Origin: Deltaproteobacteria bacterium
GTDB lineage: Bacteria; CG2-30-53-67
NCBI GenBank assembly: GCA_013151235.1
Contig: JAADIO010000011.1
Coordinates: forward strand, 1-63,417
Direction of reading: 5' to 3'
Length of the DNA: 63,417 nt
Numbering within the stretch: position 1 is the stretch's first letter; each line of letters begins with the position of its first letter. A program made the translations under genes and the position numbers. This document shows, in pieces, positions 25,976-36,093 of the stretch. A model generated the notes under the pieces. It was given only the letters and a program-made list of their open reading frames with translations. It had not been told where the DNA came from and made no database searches.

Positions 25976-27387
25976 AACTGACACCTGAAACCAAGGTGGG
26001 CATCATCGTATTTCTCGGGATCATGATTCTGACCTACATGTCCTTCCAGGTCGGGGAATTCCGGGTTTCCAAAAATGTCGGGAAATCGATTAACCTCATC
26101 TTCGACTCCGTGGCCGGGCTGAGCAAAGACGCCTCCGTGCAGGTCGCGGGCGTCGAGGTCGGCAAGGTATACAAGATCAGCCTCGTCAACGGAAAAGCTC
26201 ACGTCAATGTCCGGATTTATGCCGATCTCAATATCGACCGGAAATCCCGTGCCTATATCCGGTCGGTGGGACTTCTGGGCGACAAGTATATCGACATCGC
26301 CCTGGGAAATTCCGGAAGTTATCTGAAAGACGGCGGCACCCTCATCTCCCCGCCGGAGAGTGAAGACATCGGGAAACTCGTGGGCAAGCTCTCCTCCATC
26401 GCCGACGATTTCAAGGAGGTCTCTTCATCCTTGAGAAACACATTGGGCGGTACCGAAGGGGAGGCCTCCATCCGGCAGATCCTGAAAAATTTCCGGGACC
26501 TCGGCATCACCCTCAACCGCATGGTCGGCCGAAACGAAGAACGCTTCACCCACATTATGGAAAATATCGATCAATTAAGCGGAACGCTCAACCAAACCCT
26601 TGGAGCACACCGGGCGGACATCGATCAGACCCTCACCAACGCACGCTCGGCGAGCACCTCCCTGGACAGCATCTTCCGAAAGGTCGATGAGGGGCAGGGG
26701 ACGATGGGGAGACTCATCAACGAAGACGACCTCTCGGAGAACCTGAATCAGGCCCTCGTTTCCGCCAACGACGTACTGGGGGTCAAGAAGAAGTACCGCA
26801 CCTACGTCGGGCTACGGACGGAAGATCTGGTGGAGGCGAAAGACGCCAAGGGATATGTCTCGCTGGAGCTTCTCCCGAGGAAGGACAAGTTCTATCTTTT
26901 CGAGCTGGTCAGTCCCGAAGGGACCAAGGGAAATCGGTCGCAAAGCCGGACGGTAAGCCATATCACGAACAGCGGCCCCGGCGCCGGGTCCGCATTCTTC
27001 CCTGTTGACGTCACCCAAACCGTCGTAAAAGAAAAAACCTCAGACCGCCTCATGTACACGGCCATGTTCGGCAGGCGCTTCGGTCATACTTCGCTCAGGC
27101 TCGGTCTGGAGGAGAGTGCCGGCGGAATCGGAATCGACCACACCTTCTTCGGAAACCGGCTGGGACTCCACCTGGATCTCTGGGATTTTCAGGGAGATAA
27201 CAGCTTCGGCGGCAGCGCCCATGCCAAGGTCCGGGCCGACTTCAACTTCCTGAAATATTTCTACCTCAACGCCGGATACGACAACTTTCTGAACAACGAG
27301 GACTCCTCCCTCTTTTACGGGGCCGGGATCAAATTCAACGACGAGGATATCAAGGACCTTTTCAGCCTCCTCCCGCTCAAACGCTGA
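25972..27387 (+). CDS. mlaD: MCE-domain protein with long helical stalk and C-terminal beta-barrel-like domain
   Basis: N-terminal TM, MCE motifs VAGL..VQVAGVEVGKV and GLLGDKYIDI, helical middle, C-terminal alternating aromatic/Gly beta-strands; 471 aa. Confidence 0.85.
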   Translation: MKLTPETKVGIIVFLGIMILTYMSFQVGEFRVSKNVGKSINLIFDSVAGLSKDASVQVAGVEVGKVYKISLVNGKAHVNVRIYADLNIDRKSRAYIRSVGLLGDKYIDIALGNSGSYLKDGGTLISPPESEDIGKLVGKLSSIADDFKEVSSSLRNTLGGTEGEASIRQILKNFRDLGITLNRMVGRNEERFTHIMENIDQLSGTLNQTLGAHRADIDQTLTNARSASTSLDSIFRKVDEGQGTMGRLINEDDLSENLNQALVSANDVLGVKKKYRTYVGLRTEDLVEAKDAKGYVSLELLPRKDKFYLFELVSPEGTKGNRSQSRTVSHITNSGPGAGSAFFPVDVTQTVVKEKTSDRLMYTAMFGRRFGHTSLRLGLEESAGGIGIDHTFFGNRLGLHLDLWDFQGDNSFGGSAHAKVRADFNFLKYFYLNAGYDNFLNNEDSSLFYGAGIKFNDEDIKDLFSLLPLKR

Positions 27388-27399
27388 AAAGAAAGTAAC

Positions 27400-28317
27400 A
27401 TGGCAAACGAAAAATATACACAAAAAAGATCCGGTACCGGGACCAGCGCATTCGGGAGTCCGGGACGTATCAGTCACGATGCCACCAAATTTTATAAAAG
27501 CAGATTGTATGAAGGCTTACGTGATACCAAGAAGGTCCGATATATTGAAAACAAAATTCCTGCAAAAAACATCAACAAGATCTTCTGCAAATCCAGTGAA
27601 AAAATGGACGAGTTGCCTGATAACAGTATCCATTTAATGGTGACTTCACCTCCCTATAATGTATCCAAAGAATATGATGATAATTTGAGTTTGAACGAAC
27701 ACTTAAATTTACTCAATACTGTTTGGCGTGAAACGTATCGTGTTTTGGTTCCCGGCGGCCGTGCATGTATCAATGTTGCCAATCTTGGCAGAAAACCTTA
27801 CATCCCGCTTCATGGCTACATCATAGAAGGCATGCAAAAAATTGGTTATCTTATGCGTGGTGAAATCATATGGAACAAGGCTTCAAGCGCAAGTCCTTCA
27901 ACAGCTTGGGGAAGTTGGCTTTCCGCCGCGAATCCCGTGCTAAGGGATATTCACGAATATATTCTGGTTTTTTCCAAAAAAACATTTTCAAGAAAGAAAA
28001 ACGATCCGGAAAACACCATTAAAAAAGAAGAATTTCTTGAATGGACAAAAAGCGTATGGACCTTTCAGGCCGTTTCAGCAAGACAAATCGGACATCCGGC
28101 TCCCTTCCCTGAAGAATTGCCCCACCGACTGATTCAGTTATATACGTTCAAGGACGATGTTGTTTTGGATCCCTTTGTTGGAAGTGGATCAACCTGCCTT
28201 TCCGCGGTAAAAGACGAACGAAATTATGTGGGATACGATATCGATTCTGAATATGTAAAATCGGCGGAGAAAAGAATTGCCGACTATACCAATCAGTTAC
28301 AATCATCTCAACAATGA
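27400..28317 (+). CDS. Orphan site-specific DNA methyltransferase (N4-C/N6-A, beta class)
   Basis: VTSPPYN catalytic motif before HPAPFP and VLDPFVGSGST SAM motif; visibly AT-richer than flanks. Confidence 0.9.
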   Translation: MANEKYTQKRSGTGTSAFGSPGRISHDATKFYKSRLYEGLRDTKKVRYIENKIPAKNINKIFCKSSEKMDELPDNSIHLMVTSPPYNVSKEYDDNLSLNEHLNLLNTVWRETYRVLVPGGRACINVANLGRKPYIPLHGYIIEGMQKIGYLMRGEIIWNKASSASPSTAWGSWLSAANPVLRDIHEYILVFSKKTFSRKKNDPENTIKKEEFLEWTKSVWTFQAVSARQIGHPAPFPEELPHRLIQLYTFKDDVVLDPFVGSGSTCLSAVKDERNYVGYDIDSEYVKSAEKRIADYTNQLQSSQQ

Positions 28318-28351
28318 CGTCGGATCTTATGGTTTATCAACAATAAAGGAA

Positions 28352-28464
28352 GATGGTGTCGTAAAAAGTCGTTTTCCGGATTCCGTTCGTCCTGAGCCGG
28401 CCGAAGGGCCTGTCCTGAGCCGGCCGAAGGGTCGAAGGGCTTCGCGACTTTTTACGACTTCATC
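28352..28464. mobile_element. 113-bp MITE-like element with 6-bp target-site duplication
   Basis: 20-bp terminal IRs (18/20) GATGGTGTCGTAAAAAGTCG / CGACTTTTTACGACTTCATC; AAGGAA on both flanks (28346-28351, 28465-28470); internal 20-bp direct repeat GTCCTGAGCCGGCCGAAGGG twice. Confidence 0.85.
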
Positions 28465-28477
28465 AAGGAAATACCGG

Positions 28478-29845
28478 ATGTCCGCAAAAAAATCAAAAAC
28501 CGCCTATGTCTGTTCGGAGTGCGGCGCCGATCATCTGAAATGGGTCGGGCAGTGTACGAACTGCAACGGCTGGAACACACTGAAGGAGTTCCATCCCGGC
28601 GGCGGGAATGGTACGGAAAGAAGCTGGACCACGGGATACGCCGGCACCGAACCCAGGGTGGAAATCCTCAGTCAGGTCGGGGAACCGGACCATCTCCGGA
28701 TCACAAGCGGGATGGGGGAATTCGATCGCGTCATCGGCGGCGGGTTTATCCCGGGGGCGGTCATTCTGCTGGCCGGCGCTCCCGGCTCGGGCAAGAGTAC
28801 CGCCCTGCTGCAGATCCTGGCCCATGCCTCCCGCCAATACCGTACGCTCTATGTATCGGGAGAGGAATCGCTGGAACAGATTGCGGGCAGGGCCCGCCGG
28901 ATCGGCCTGCCGACGGAAAATCTCCGGATGCTTTCGGACACTTCCGCGGAGAGGATCTGTGAAATCGCAGACCGGGAGAAACCGGCGATCATGGTCATCG
29001 ACTCCATTCAGGTCATGTATCACGAGGGCGTCGATGCCGCCCCCGGCGGAGTCTCCCAGGTCCGGGAATGCACCGCCTTCCTGACCCGCTATGCCAAGGC
29101 AAACAATATGATTCTGCTTCTCATCGGGCACGTGACAAAGGACCAGAACCTTGCGGGGCCGATGACACTGAGTCATATCGTCGATACGCAGATCATGTTG
29201 TCCTCCACGGACGACTCACGCTTCAGGATCATGCGGGCCACGAAAAACCGTTTCGGGGCCGTCAATGAGGTCGGGCTTTTCGCCATGACCGGCAAGGGAC
29301 TAAAGGAAGTCAAGAATCCTTCGGCCATGTTTCTGAGCCGCTCCGATGATCCGAAACCGGGCAGTGTCGTCAATGTTCTCTGGGAGGGAAGTCGCCCCCT
29401 GTTGGTGGAGATCCAGGCCCTGGTCGTAGAATCACAGTACGGCAACGCCCGACGGCTCGGTGTAGGCGTGGAACAAAACCGGATCGCGATGCTGCTGGCG
29501 GTATTGACGAGGCATGGCGGACTCTCTACCGCGGACCAGGACGTCTTCGTGAATTGTGTGGGAGGCATTCGTGTCAGCGAAACAAGCGCCGATCTGGCCG
29601 TGATCTTGGGGATTGTTTCCAGCTACCGGGACGTGGCGATCCCTCATGACCTTTTCGTCTTCGGTGAGGTCGGTCTTTCCGGGGAGATCCGTCCGGTCCC
29701 GAACGGAGAGAGCCGGATCCATGAAGCCTGTAAACACGGCTTCAAAAAGGCGATCCTCCCGAAGGCCAATCTCCCGAAACGTCCCGGAGCCGACATGGAA
29801 ATCATCGGCGTCGGGAACATCTCAGAAGCACTTGACGCTCTGTAG
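28478..29845 (+). CDS. radA: DNA repair protein RadA/Sms
   Basis: CSECG..CTNC Zn finger, GAPGSGKST, YVSGEES, VIDSIQ, KNRFG, Lon-like C-terminus; start at ATG 28478. Confidence 0.95.
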   Translation: MSAKKSKTAYVCSECGADHLKWVGQCTNCNGWNTLKEFHPGGGNGTERSWTTGYAGTEPRVEILSQVGEPDHLRITSGMGEFDRVIGGGFIPGAVILLAGAPGSGKSTALLQILAHASRQYRTLYVSGEESLEQIAGRARRIGLPTENLRMLSDTSAERICEIADREKPAIMVIDSIQVMYHEGVDAAPGGVSQVRECTAFLTRYAKANNMILLLIGHVTKDQNLAGPMTLSHIVDTQIMLSSTDDSRFRIMRATKNRFGAVNEVGLFAMTGKGLKEVKNPSAMFLSRSDDPKPGSVVNVLWEGSRPLLVEIQALVVESQYGNARRLGVGVEQNRIAMLLAVLTRHGGLSTADQDVFVNCVGGIRVSETSADLAVILGIVSSYRDVAIPHDLFVFGEVGLSGEIRPVPNGESRIHEACKHGFKKAILPKANLPKRPGADMEIIGVGNISEALDAL

Positions 29846-29887
29846 TGTCGGCGCATCCGCCCGACGCTTCTCTTTCAAGGAGTACCG

Positions 29888-31588
29888 ATGCTGCGGGACC
29901 TGCGCATCCGTGACTTTGCCATTATCGAAGACCTCCTTTTGACCTTTGACGCCGGCCTCAATATTATCACCGGCGATACGGGAGCCGGGAAGTCGATCCT
30001 CATCGAGGCGCTCGGCCTGATCCTGGGAGGACGGGGATCCGTCGACATGATCCGCACCGGTGCGGAGGAGGCACGGATTACGGCCCGTTTCGATCTCTCA
30101 GGCCATCCGGAAAAGGCAGCATCCCTTGCCGCCCTCGGATTAGAAGTCGACGAAGATGAACTGATCATTCATCGAGCCTTGAGCCGAAACGGAAAGGGCC
30201 GTGTGGCCGTGAACGGGGACCCTGCCACGGTAAGGATGCTCACCCAAATCGGCGAAGGTCTCGTCGATATCCATGGCCAACATGAACATCACTCCCTCCT
30301 CAAACGGGAGAATCACCTGGCCCTTTTAGATGCCTTCGGCGGCAGCGGCGATCTTCGATCCGCATACCGCGCCGCCTATGACGAACTGACCGGATTGCAG
30401 AAGGAGCTGGAGAAACTCGATCAGGAGGAGCAAGACCGGGAACGCCGCATTGATTTCCTCCAATTCCAGATCGACGAGATCGATGCCGTGGCCCCGGTAC
30501 CGGAAGAGGACGAAGCTCTGGAAGAGGAGGTCCGCCTCCTCTCCCATGCCGAACGGATCACCGAACTGGCAGCGGAGTCCTACAGGCTCCTCTATGAAGA
30601 GGAAGACTCTCTGTACGACCGGGCAGGGAGGCTTTCGGCGCTGCTTTCGTCCCTCTCCGAGTTCGACGGACGGGCAAGCGGGATTGCCGATGCGTGCGAG
30701 GAGGTGAAGTTCCGCCTGGAAGATATGGCCCATTCCCTGCGGGACCATGCCGGGGGGATCGAGTCCGATCCGGCAAAACTGGCCGACCGGGAAGACCGAC
30801 TGGAGAAACTGAGAACGCTGAAACGGAAATACGGGGGGACGCTCGCCGAAGTCTTTGACTACCGGCGAAAAGCGGAAGAAGAACTCCACCGCCTGCACAG
30901 GGCCGGAGAAAACCGATCCCGCCTGGAAGAAGATTTCCGGAACCGGCTTGCCCGAACGGTCGACCTGGCCGGCAAACTCTCCGCCAAACGGCACCGGGCT
31001 TCACAACGACTGGAAGAACGTCTGGAACAGGAGCTGGCCGGTCTGGCCATGGCCGGGACCCGCTTCGCCGTCGAAATCGTTCCCGTAAAACCGGGAGGCA
31101 AGGACTTACAAGACGGGAAGGGAGGGACCCTGACCCCGACCGGATACGACCGGGTCGAATTTATGGTCTCACCAAACCCGGGAGAGGAGGCCAAGCCCCT
31201 GGTGCGGATTGCCTCCGGAGGAGAGCTTTCCAGGATCATGCTCTCCATCAAAACCGTCCTGGCCGGTGTGGATCGGGTCGGCGTCCTGATCTTCGACGAA
31301 GTCGATTCCGGTGTCGGAGGCGGAATTGCTGAAATCCTGGGAAAAAGGCTCCGGGAGGTCGCCGAAGGACGACAGGTCATCTGCATCACCCATATCCCCC
31401 AGGTCGCAAGCCAGGGACAGCATCACACCCATATCGCAAAAGAGGTCATTCGAGGGAGAACCTCCGTCTCGGCACACCCCCTGACGCAAGAAGAACGGGT
31501 CCGGGAGATCGCACGAATGCTGGGCGGAGTCGAAATCACGGAGACTACGATCCGTCATGCTGAAGAGATGCTCAACCGGACCGCATGA
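29888..31588 (+). CDS. recN: DNA repair protein RecN
   Basis: ITGDTGAGKS, IHGQHEH, ASGGELSR, IFDEVDSG, ITHIPQVAS. Confidence 0.95.
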   Translation: MLRDLRIRDFAIIEDLLLTFDAGLNIITGDTGAGKSILIEALGLILGGRGSVDMIRTGAEEARITARFDLSGHPEKAASLAALGLEVDEDELIIHRALSRNGKGRVAVNGDPATVRMLTQIGEGLVDIHGQHEHHSLLKRENHLALLDAFGGSGDLRSAYRAAYDELTGLQKELEKLDQEEQDRERRIDFLQFQIDEIDAVAPVPEEDEALEEEVRLLSHAERITELAAESYRLLYEEEDSLYDRAGRLSALLSSLSEFDGRASGIADACEEVKFRLEDMAHSLRDHAGGIESDPAKLADREDRLEKLRTLKRKYGGTLAEVFDYRRKAEEELHRLHRAGENRSRLEEDFRNRLARTVDLAGKLSAKRHRASQRLEERLEQELAGLAMAGTRFAVEIVPVKPGGKDLQDGKGGTLTPTGYDRVEFMVSPNPGEEAKPLVRIASGGELSRIMLSIKTVLAGVDRVGVLIFDEVDSGVGGGIAEILGKRLREVAEGRQVICITHIPQVASQGQHHTHIAKEVIRGRTSVSAHPLTQEERVREIARMLGGVEITETTIRHAEEMLNRTA

Positions 31589-31624
31589 TCTCCCGTCCTG
31601 GAACCAGTCAAAAAGAAGAGGGCA

Positions 31625-32347
31625 ATGGCCTACGAAGCTCGGGACTACAGAAACCGGATGGAAACGAAAGACCTGGTCTCTTTCCAGGTAATGATCAAGG
31701 AGACCGATCTTGCAATCTCGGCCGTCTCGGACCTGAGCGAAGAGGCCCACCGACACCTCCGGGAGATTCGCAGGGGGCTGGAGCAGTATCTCCGGAAACA
31801 TCCGGAATTTCTCTCCGCCATGGAACCTTTGACCGTAAACCCGGATGCACCTCCCCTGATCCGGGAGATGGCCAAAGCGGGAGAGGCGGCCGGTGTCGGT
31901 CCCATGGCCGCCGTCGCCGGAGCCGTGGCCGAGGCCGTCGGGCGGAAACTGCTGGCGCAAAGCCCTGAGGTCATCGTGGAAAACGGGGGGGACATCTTTC
32001 TTGTTTCGAAACGGGAACGGATCATCTCGATTGAGGCCGGGGATTCCCCCTTCAGCCGACACATCGGGATCCGGATCGGGAAGGCCTCTCCCCTTGGAAT
32101 CTGTACATCCTCCGGGACCGTCGGCCATTCCATCAGCTTCGGAAAGAGTGACGCCGTCTGTGTCCTCGCCCCGTCGGCAGCCCTGGCCGACGCAGCGGCG
32201 ACCGCCGCCGGAAACCGCGTACAGGGACCGGGGGATCTCCGGGAAGCCCTCGATTTTCTCGCACAGATCCCGGGGATCTCCGGCGGACTCATTGTTTTCG
32301 GAAAAAAAATGGGGGCATGGGGAGAGGTGGAACTGGTCAAACTCTGA
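31625..32347 (+). CDS. UPF0280 family (ApbE-like) protein
   Basis: GVGPMAAVAGA, VIVENGGD, GICTSSGTVGHS, ALADAAAT. Confidence 0.85.
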   Translation: MAYEARDYRNRMETKDLVSFQVMIKETDLAISAVSDLSEEAHRHLREIRRGLEQYLRKHPEFLSAMEPLTVNPDAPPLIREMAKAGEAAGVGPMAAVAGAVAEAVGRKLLAQSPEVIVENGGDIFLVSKRERIISIEAGDSPFSRHIGIRIGKASPLGICTSSGTVGHSISFGKSDAVCVLAPSAALADAAATAAGNRVQGPGDLREALDFLAQIPGISGGLIVFGKKMGAWGEVELVKL

Positions 32348-32406
32348 GCAACAGGGAACCTTCGCGGAGTTTCGGAAGGAAGAAAATCCCTACGAAAAAA
32401 AAAGAG

Positions 32407-32436
32407 TTGACAAGATCAAATCCGAGTGTGTATAGT
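32407..32436 (+). promoter_or_regulatory. Sigma70 promoter of rho with long leader
   Basis: TTGACA-N18-TATAGT with TG upstream of the -10 box, about 225 nt before the start codon. Confidence 0.6.
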
Positions 32437-32661
32437 GGAGGTATACCTGATCCGATAAATCCTTAGAATCATAACTTTTCCGTCTGCCGGATCTACCGAA
32501 CAAGTCCAAGAGGTTTCCAAACTTCCACAAACTCATTCTTGAACGTCCATCATTCAAACCGAAGTTTAGTATACCGCCTCAACGATTGCCGGAAGGAACT
32601 TACATAAAAACAGAATTTTTTTTAATATCCGCTTCACGCACAACCTTTTGGAGGAGTATGC

Positions 32662-34098
32662 ATGTCGATTAAAGAGAAAAGCGTAAGGAGAAGGATCAAG
32701 GTCGATCCGGACAAAGGGAAAGAAGTCGCAGATGTGCCGAAAAATACGGATGCCGATCCGGAAGAGGAATCTTCTCCCCCCGAAATTGTCCGGCCTCCCG
32801 AGAAACGGAGCAACGGATCGAAACGGGATATTGTCTTCAACGAGAACAGCCTGAACATCGTGGCCTTGAAAGAAAAGAGTATCGCCGACCTCAACAAGGT
32901 TGCCAAGAGCATGAAGGTCGAAGGGGCCAGCGGAATGCGGAAGCAGGAGTTGATCTTTGCGATCCTTCAGGCACAGACGGAAAAGAGCGGCTTCATCTTC
33001 GGCGAAGGGGTCCTGGAAACCCTGCCCGACGGTTTCGGATTCCTCCGGTCCCAGGACTACAACTACCTGCCGGGCCCCGACGATATCTATGTCTCGCCTT
33101 CCCAGATCCGGCGGTTTAATCTCCGGACGGGAGATACCATCTCCGGCCAGATCCGGCCACCCAAGGAGACGGAGCGTTATTTCGCCCTCCTCAAGGTCGA
33201 GGCCGTTAACTATGAAGACCCGGAACGGGCCAAGGACAAGATCCTGTTCGACAACCTGACCCCGCTCTATCCGGATGAACGCCTTACCCTGGAACGGGAG
33301 AGTGAAGAACCCTCCACCCGGGTGGTCGATCTTCTGGCTCCCATCGGCAAGGGACAAAGAGGCCTGATCGTCTCTCCGCCGAAGGCCGGCAAGACCATGC
33401 TCCTTCAGAATATCGCCAACTCGATTACACAGAACCATCCCGAATGTGTTCTGATCGTACTTCTCATCGACGAACGGCCGGAGGAAGTGACGGACATGGC
33501 CCGCAGCGTCCAGGGCGAGGTGGTCAGTTCCACCTTCGATGAGCCGGCCCAGCGCCATGTGCAGGTGGCCGAAATGGTAAGCGAGAAAGCAAAGCGCCTC
33601 GTGGAACATAACAAGGATGTCGTCATCCTTCTCGACAGCATTACCCGCCTGGCCCGAGCCTATAACACCGTCGTTCCTTCAAGCGGGAAGATTCTTTCCG
33701 GCGGGGTCGACTCCAACGCCCTTCACAAACCGAAGCGTTTTTTCGGCGCCGCCCGGAATATCGAAGGGGGCGGCAGTCTCACCATCATTGCGACGGCCCT
33801 CATCGATACGGGAAGCCGGATGGACGACATTATCTACGAAGAGTTCAAAGGGACCGGGAACATGGAGATTCATCTGGAGCGGAAACTCCTGGAAAAACGG
33901 ATCTTCCCGGCCATCGACATTCCCCGCTCGGGAACCCGGAAAGAGGAACTCCTGGTTGACAAGGACGATCTCAACCGGATCTGGATCCTGCGGAAGCTCC
34001 TTCACCCCATGGGTGTCGTAGAAAGCATGGAATTTCTTCTCGACAAGCTGAAGGGAACCAAGGACAACAAGGAATTCCTGGCCGCCATGAACCAGTAA
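32662..34098 (+). CDS. rho: Transcription termination factor Rho with N-terminal extension
   Basis: [67 protein letters not shown]. Confidence 0.97.
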   Translation: MSIKEKSVRRRIKVDPDKGKEVADVPKNTDADPEEESSPPEIVRPPEKRSNGSKRDIVFNENSLNIVALKEKSIADLNKVAKSMKVEGASGMRKQELIFAILQAQTEKSGFIFGEGVLETLPDGFGFLRSQDYNYLPGPDDIYVSPSQIRRFNLRTGDTISGQIRPPKETERYFALLKVEAVNYEDPERAKDKILFDNLTPLYPDERLTLERESEEPSTRVVDLLAPIGKGQRGLIVSPPKAGKTMLLQNIANSITQNHPECVLIVLLIDERPEEVTDMARSVQGEVVSSTFDEPAQRHVQVAEMVSEKAKRLVEHNKDVVILLDSITRLARAYNTVVPSSGKILSGGVDSNALHKPKRFFGAARNIEGGGSLTIIATALIDTGSRMDDIIYEEFKGTGNMEIHLERKLLEKRIFPAIDIPRSGTRKEELLVDKDDLNRIWILRKLLHPMGVVESMEFLLDKLKGTKDNKEFLAAMNQ

Positions 34099-34117
34099 CA
34101 ACCGGCGGGACATTGAC

Positions 34118-34408
34118 TCAGGGAAGGAGTTTTTCCAAGTCGTCGGAAGAGATGCCGTTGATTCGGAGGACTTTCACTCTCGAGTGTTCTCCCTTGAGGA
34201 GGGTAATCTTTGACTTGGCGATACGGAGTTTCTTGGCAAGGAATTTGATGCACTGCCGGTTGGCGGCCCCCTCCACGGGGGGCGCGGTAATTCGCAGTCG
34301 AAGGACGGCTTCCGCAACGCCCACAACCTGATCCCGCGAGGCGCCGGGCTGGATCCGGACCCGCAGCGTCATCCCCTCCGGATCTTCTTTCATCACACAA
34401 TCCAGCAT
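34118..34408 (-). CDS. yggU: DUF167/YggU family protein
   Basis: RVRIQPGA, ITAPPVEGAAN, GEHSRVK. Confidence 0.85.
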   Translation of the reverse strand: MLDCVMKEDPEGMTLRVRIQPGASRDQVVGVAEAVLRLRITAPPVEGAANRQCIKFLAKKLRIAKSKITLLKGEHSRVKVLRINGISSDDLEKLLP

Positions 34409-34917
34409 CAGATCATCCGGACATCGCTGTCGATACGCAGTTCCTCCTCGATGACCTTCTGGTCCTGATCGAGGATCTTCTTGTAGGAATCAACAAGACT
34501 CCCCACTTTGGCAAGGAATTCCCGACGTATCCGTTTGAGGTGATCGATCCCGTTTTTCAAGGCGGCCTCCTCCTCCCGTGCCCCCTGGAGGATCTCCGCG
34601 GCCTTGAGTTCCGCCTCCCGGACGATCTGCCTCCCCTTTTCTTCAGCCCGTTTCCGTTCTTCCTCGAGGAGTTGTTGCAACCCCTCCAAGGTCTTGCGCA
34701 TGGAGTCCTCCCGCTCCTTGATCTCCGAGAACTCCCGTTCCTTCTTTTCCAGAGCCTCCTTCAGGGAATTTTTCTTGATGATCAGTCCCTCCATCTCCAA
34801 CGTGATCATCTCCAGAAAGGTCTCCACCTCTTTCACATCGAAACCGCGGAAGGCCGTGGAAAACTGTTTCTTTTTGATCTCGAGGGGACTTAGGCTCGTA
34901 AGGTTTTCTGCCGACAT
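34408..34917 (-). CDS. divIVA: DivIVA-domain protein
   Basis: LSPLEIKKKQFSTAFRGFDVKEVETFL N-terminal motif followed by coiled coil. Confidence 0.85.
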   Translation of the reverse strand: MSAENLTSLSPLEIKKKQFSTAFRGFDVKEVETFLEMITLEMEGLIIKKNSLKEALEKKEREFSEIKEREDSMRKTLEGLQQLLEEERKRAEEKGRQIVREAELKAAEILQGAREEEAALKNGIDHLKRIRREFLAKVGSLVDSYKKILDQDQKVIEEELRIDSDVRMI

Positions 34918-34938
34918 AGAAACCTCCTCTTGTGCCGC

Positions 34939-35235
34939 CTACCGTATCCGGAAGGCGATTTCACTCAAGGTTTTCACAACAAAAAGATCCACAAAATAGA
35001 GCAACAGGATCAGGACAAAAGGAGAAAAATCAATCCCGCCGGCCATGGGAAGATAGCGCCGGATCCGGTAAAGTGCCGGTTCCGTCGCCCCCCGCAGAAA
35101 GCGGATGATCGGATTGTAGGGATCCGGATTCACCCAGGTAACCAGCGCGGCAATAATCACAATCCAGATATAGGCTTGAAGGATCATATGGAGGATCTGG
35201 GCAAATGCGCCCAGAAAATTACCGAAGACAAACAT
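34939..35235 (-). CDS. yggT: YggT family membrane protein
   Basis: TWVNPDPYNP, ATEPAL, GIDFSPF. Confidence 0.9.
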   Translation of the reverse strand: MFVFGNFLGAFAQILHMILQAYIWIVIIAALVTWVNPDPYNPIIRFLRGATEPALYRIRRYLPMAGGIDFSPFVLILLLYFVDLFVVKTLSEIAFRIR

Positions 35236-36054
35236 CTATTTCTTCTCCTTTCCCAGTTCGATTGACCGTTGCGTCGCCGCCGCCACCGCATTGGAGAGAA
35301 CCGCACGGAATTTTCCCTTCTCCAACGCATGGAGCCCCGCGATCGTGGTCCCCCCCGGCGACGTCACCATGTCTTTGAGTTCACCGGGATGACGCCCGCT
35401 TTGAAGGGCCATTCCCGCCGCCCCCCGGACGGTCCAGACGGCCAGTCGGTTTGCCGTCTCCCTGGGGAGTCCCTGCCGCACACCGGCATCGGAAAGGGCC
35501 TCCAAAAGGACGAAGACATAGGCCGGTCCCGAACCGGAAAGACCGGTCACCGCATCAATCATCTTTTCGGGGACTTCCACCGTCTCACCGACGGCATCGA
35601 GCAGTTGCAGGGCCGTCTTCTTCCCGGCGCTCTTGACCCGACCGTTATAGGCCAGTGCCGAAACTCCCTCTCCGATCAGGGCCGGGGTATTCGGCATCAC
35701 CCGCACAACAGAGACCGGACTTGCCAATTCTTCCTCTATCCGTGCGATGGGAACGCCGGCGGCAATGGAAATGACCAGTTTTTTCGCCGTCACCGCCGGG
35801 GCAATCTCGCGAAGCACGGCATCGATTACCTGGGGTTTGACGGCCAGGACAACGACATCGGCCCAGGCCGTCAGTTCCACATTGTCTTTCGCGGCCTTGA
35901 CCTTGAATCCGCCCGTCGTGGCCCGAAGTTTTTCCGGATCCGGATCATGGACCCGGATATCGCCGGCAGAAGCAACCTTCGCCGAAAGCCACCCTGCGAG
36001 GAGGGCACCTCCCATATTGCCGGTCCCGATCAATCCGATCTTCGTTTTTTTCAT
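35236..36054 (-). CDS. proC: Pyrroline-5-carboxylate reductase
   Basis: IGTGNMG, AVKPQ, RVMPNTP, SGSGPAY, VTSPGGTT. Confidence 0.95.
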   Translation of the reverse strand: MKKTKIGLIGTGNMGGALLAGWLSAKVASAGDIRVHDPDPEKLRATTGGFKVKAAKDNVELTAWADVVVLAVKPQVIDAVLREIAPAVTAKKLVISIAAGVPIARIEEELASPVSVVRVMPNTPALIGEGVSALAYNGRVKSAGKKTALQLLDAVGETVEVPEKMIDAVTGLSGSGPAYVFVLLEALSDAGVRQGLPRETANRLAVWTVRGAAGMALQSGRHPGELKDMVTSPGGTTIAGLHALEKGKFRAVLSNAVAAATQRSIELGKEKK

Positions 36055-36093
36055 CTTCGTCTCATCTCCACCGGAGCCGGGAACTCCGGCCGG

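Noticed and set aside
28389-28431. Tandem 20-bp repeats as a mini CRISPR array
   Set aside because: Only two units with a 3-bp gap, inside a MITE, and no cas genes
28277-28477. 67-aa N-terminal extension of RadA
   Set aside because: Reads through the MTase end and the MITE; the start is better placed at ATG 28478
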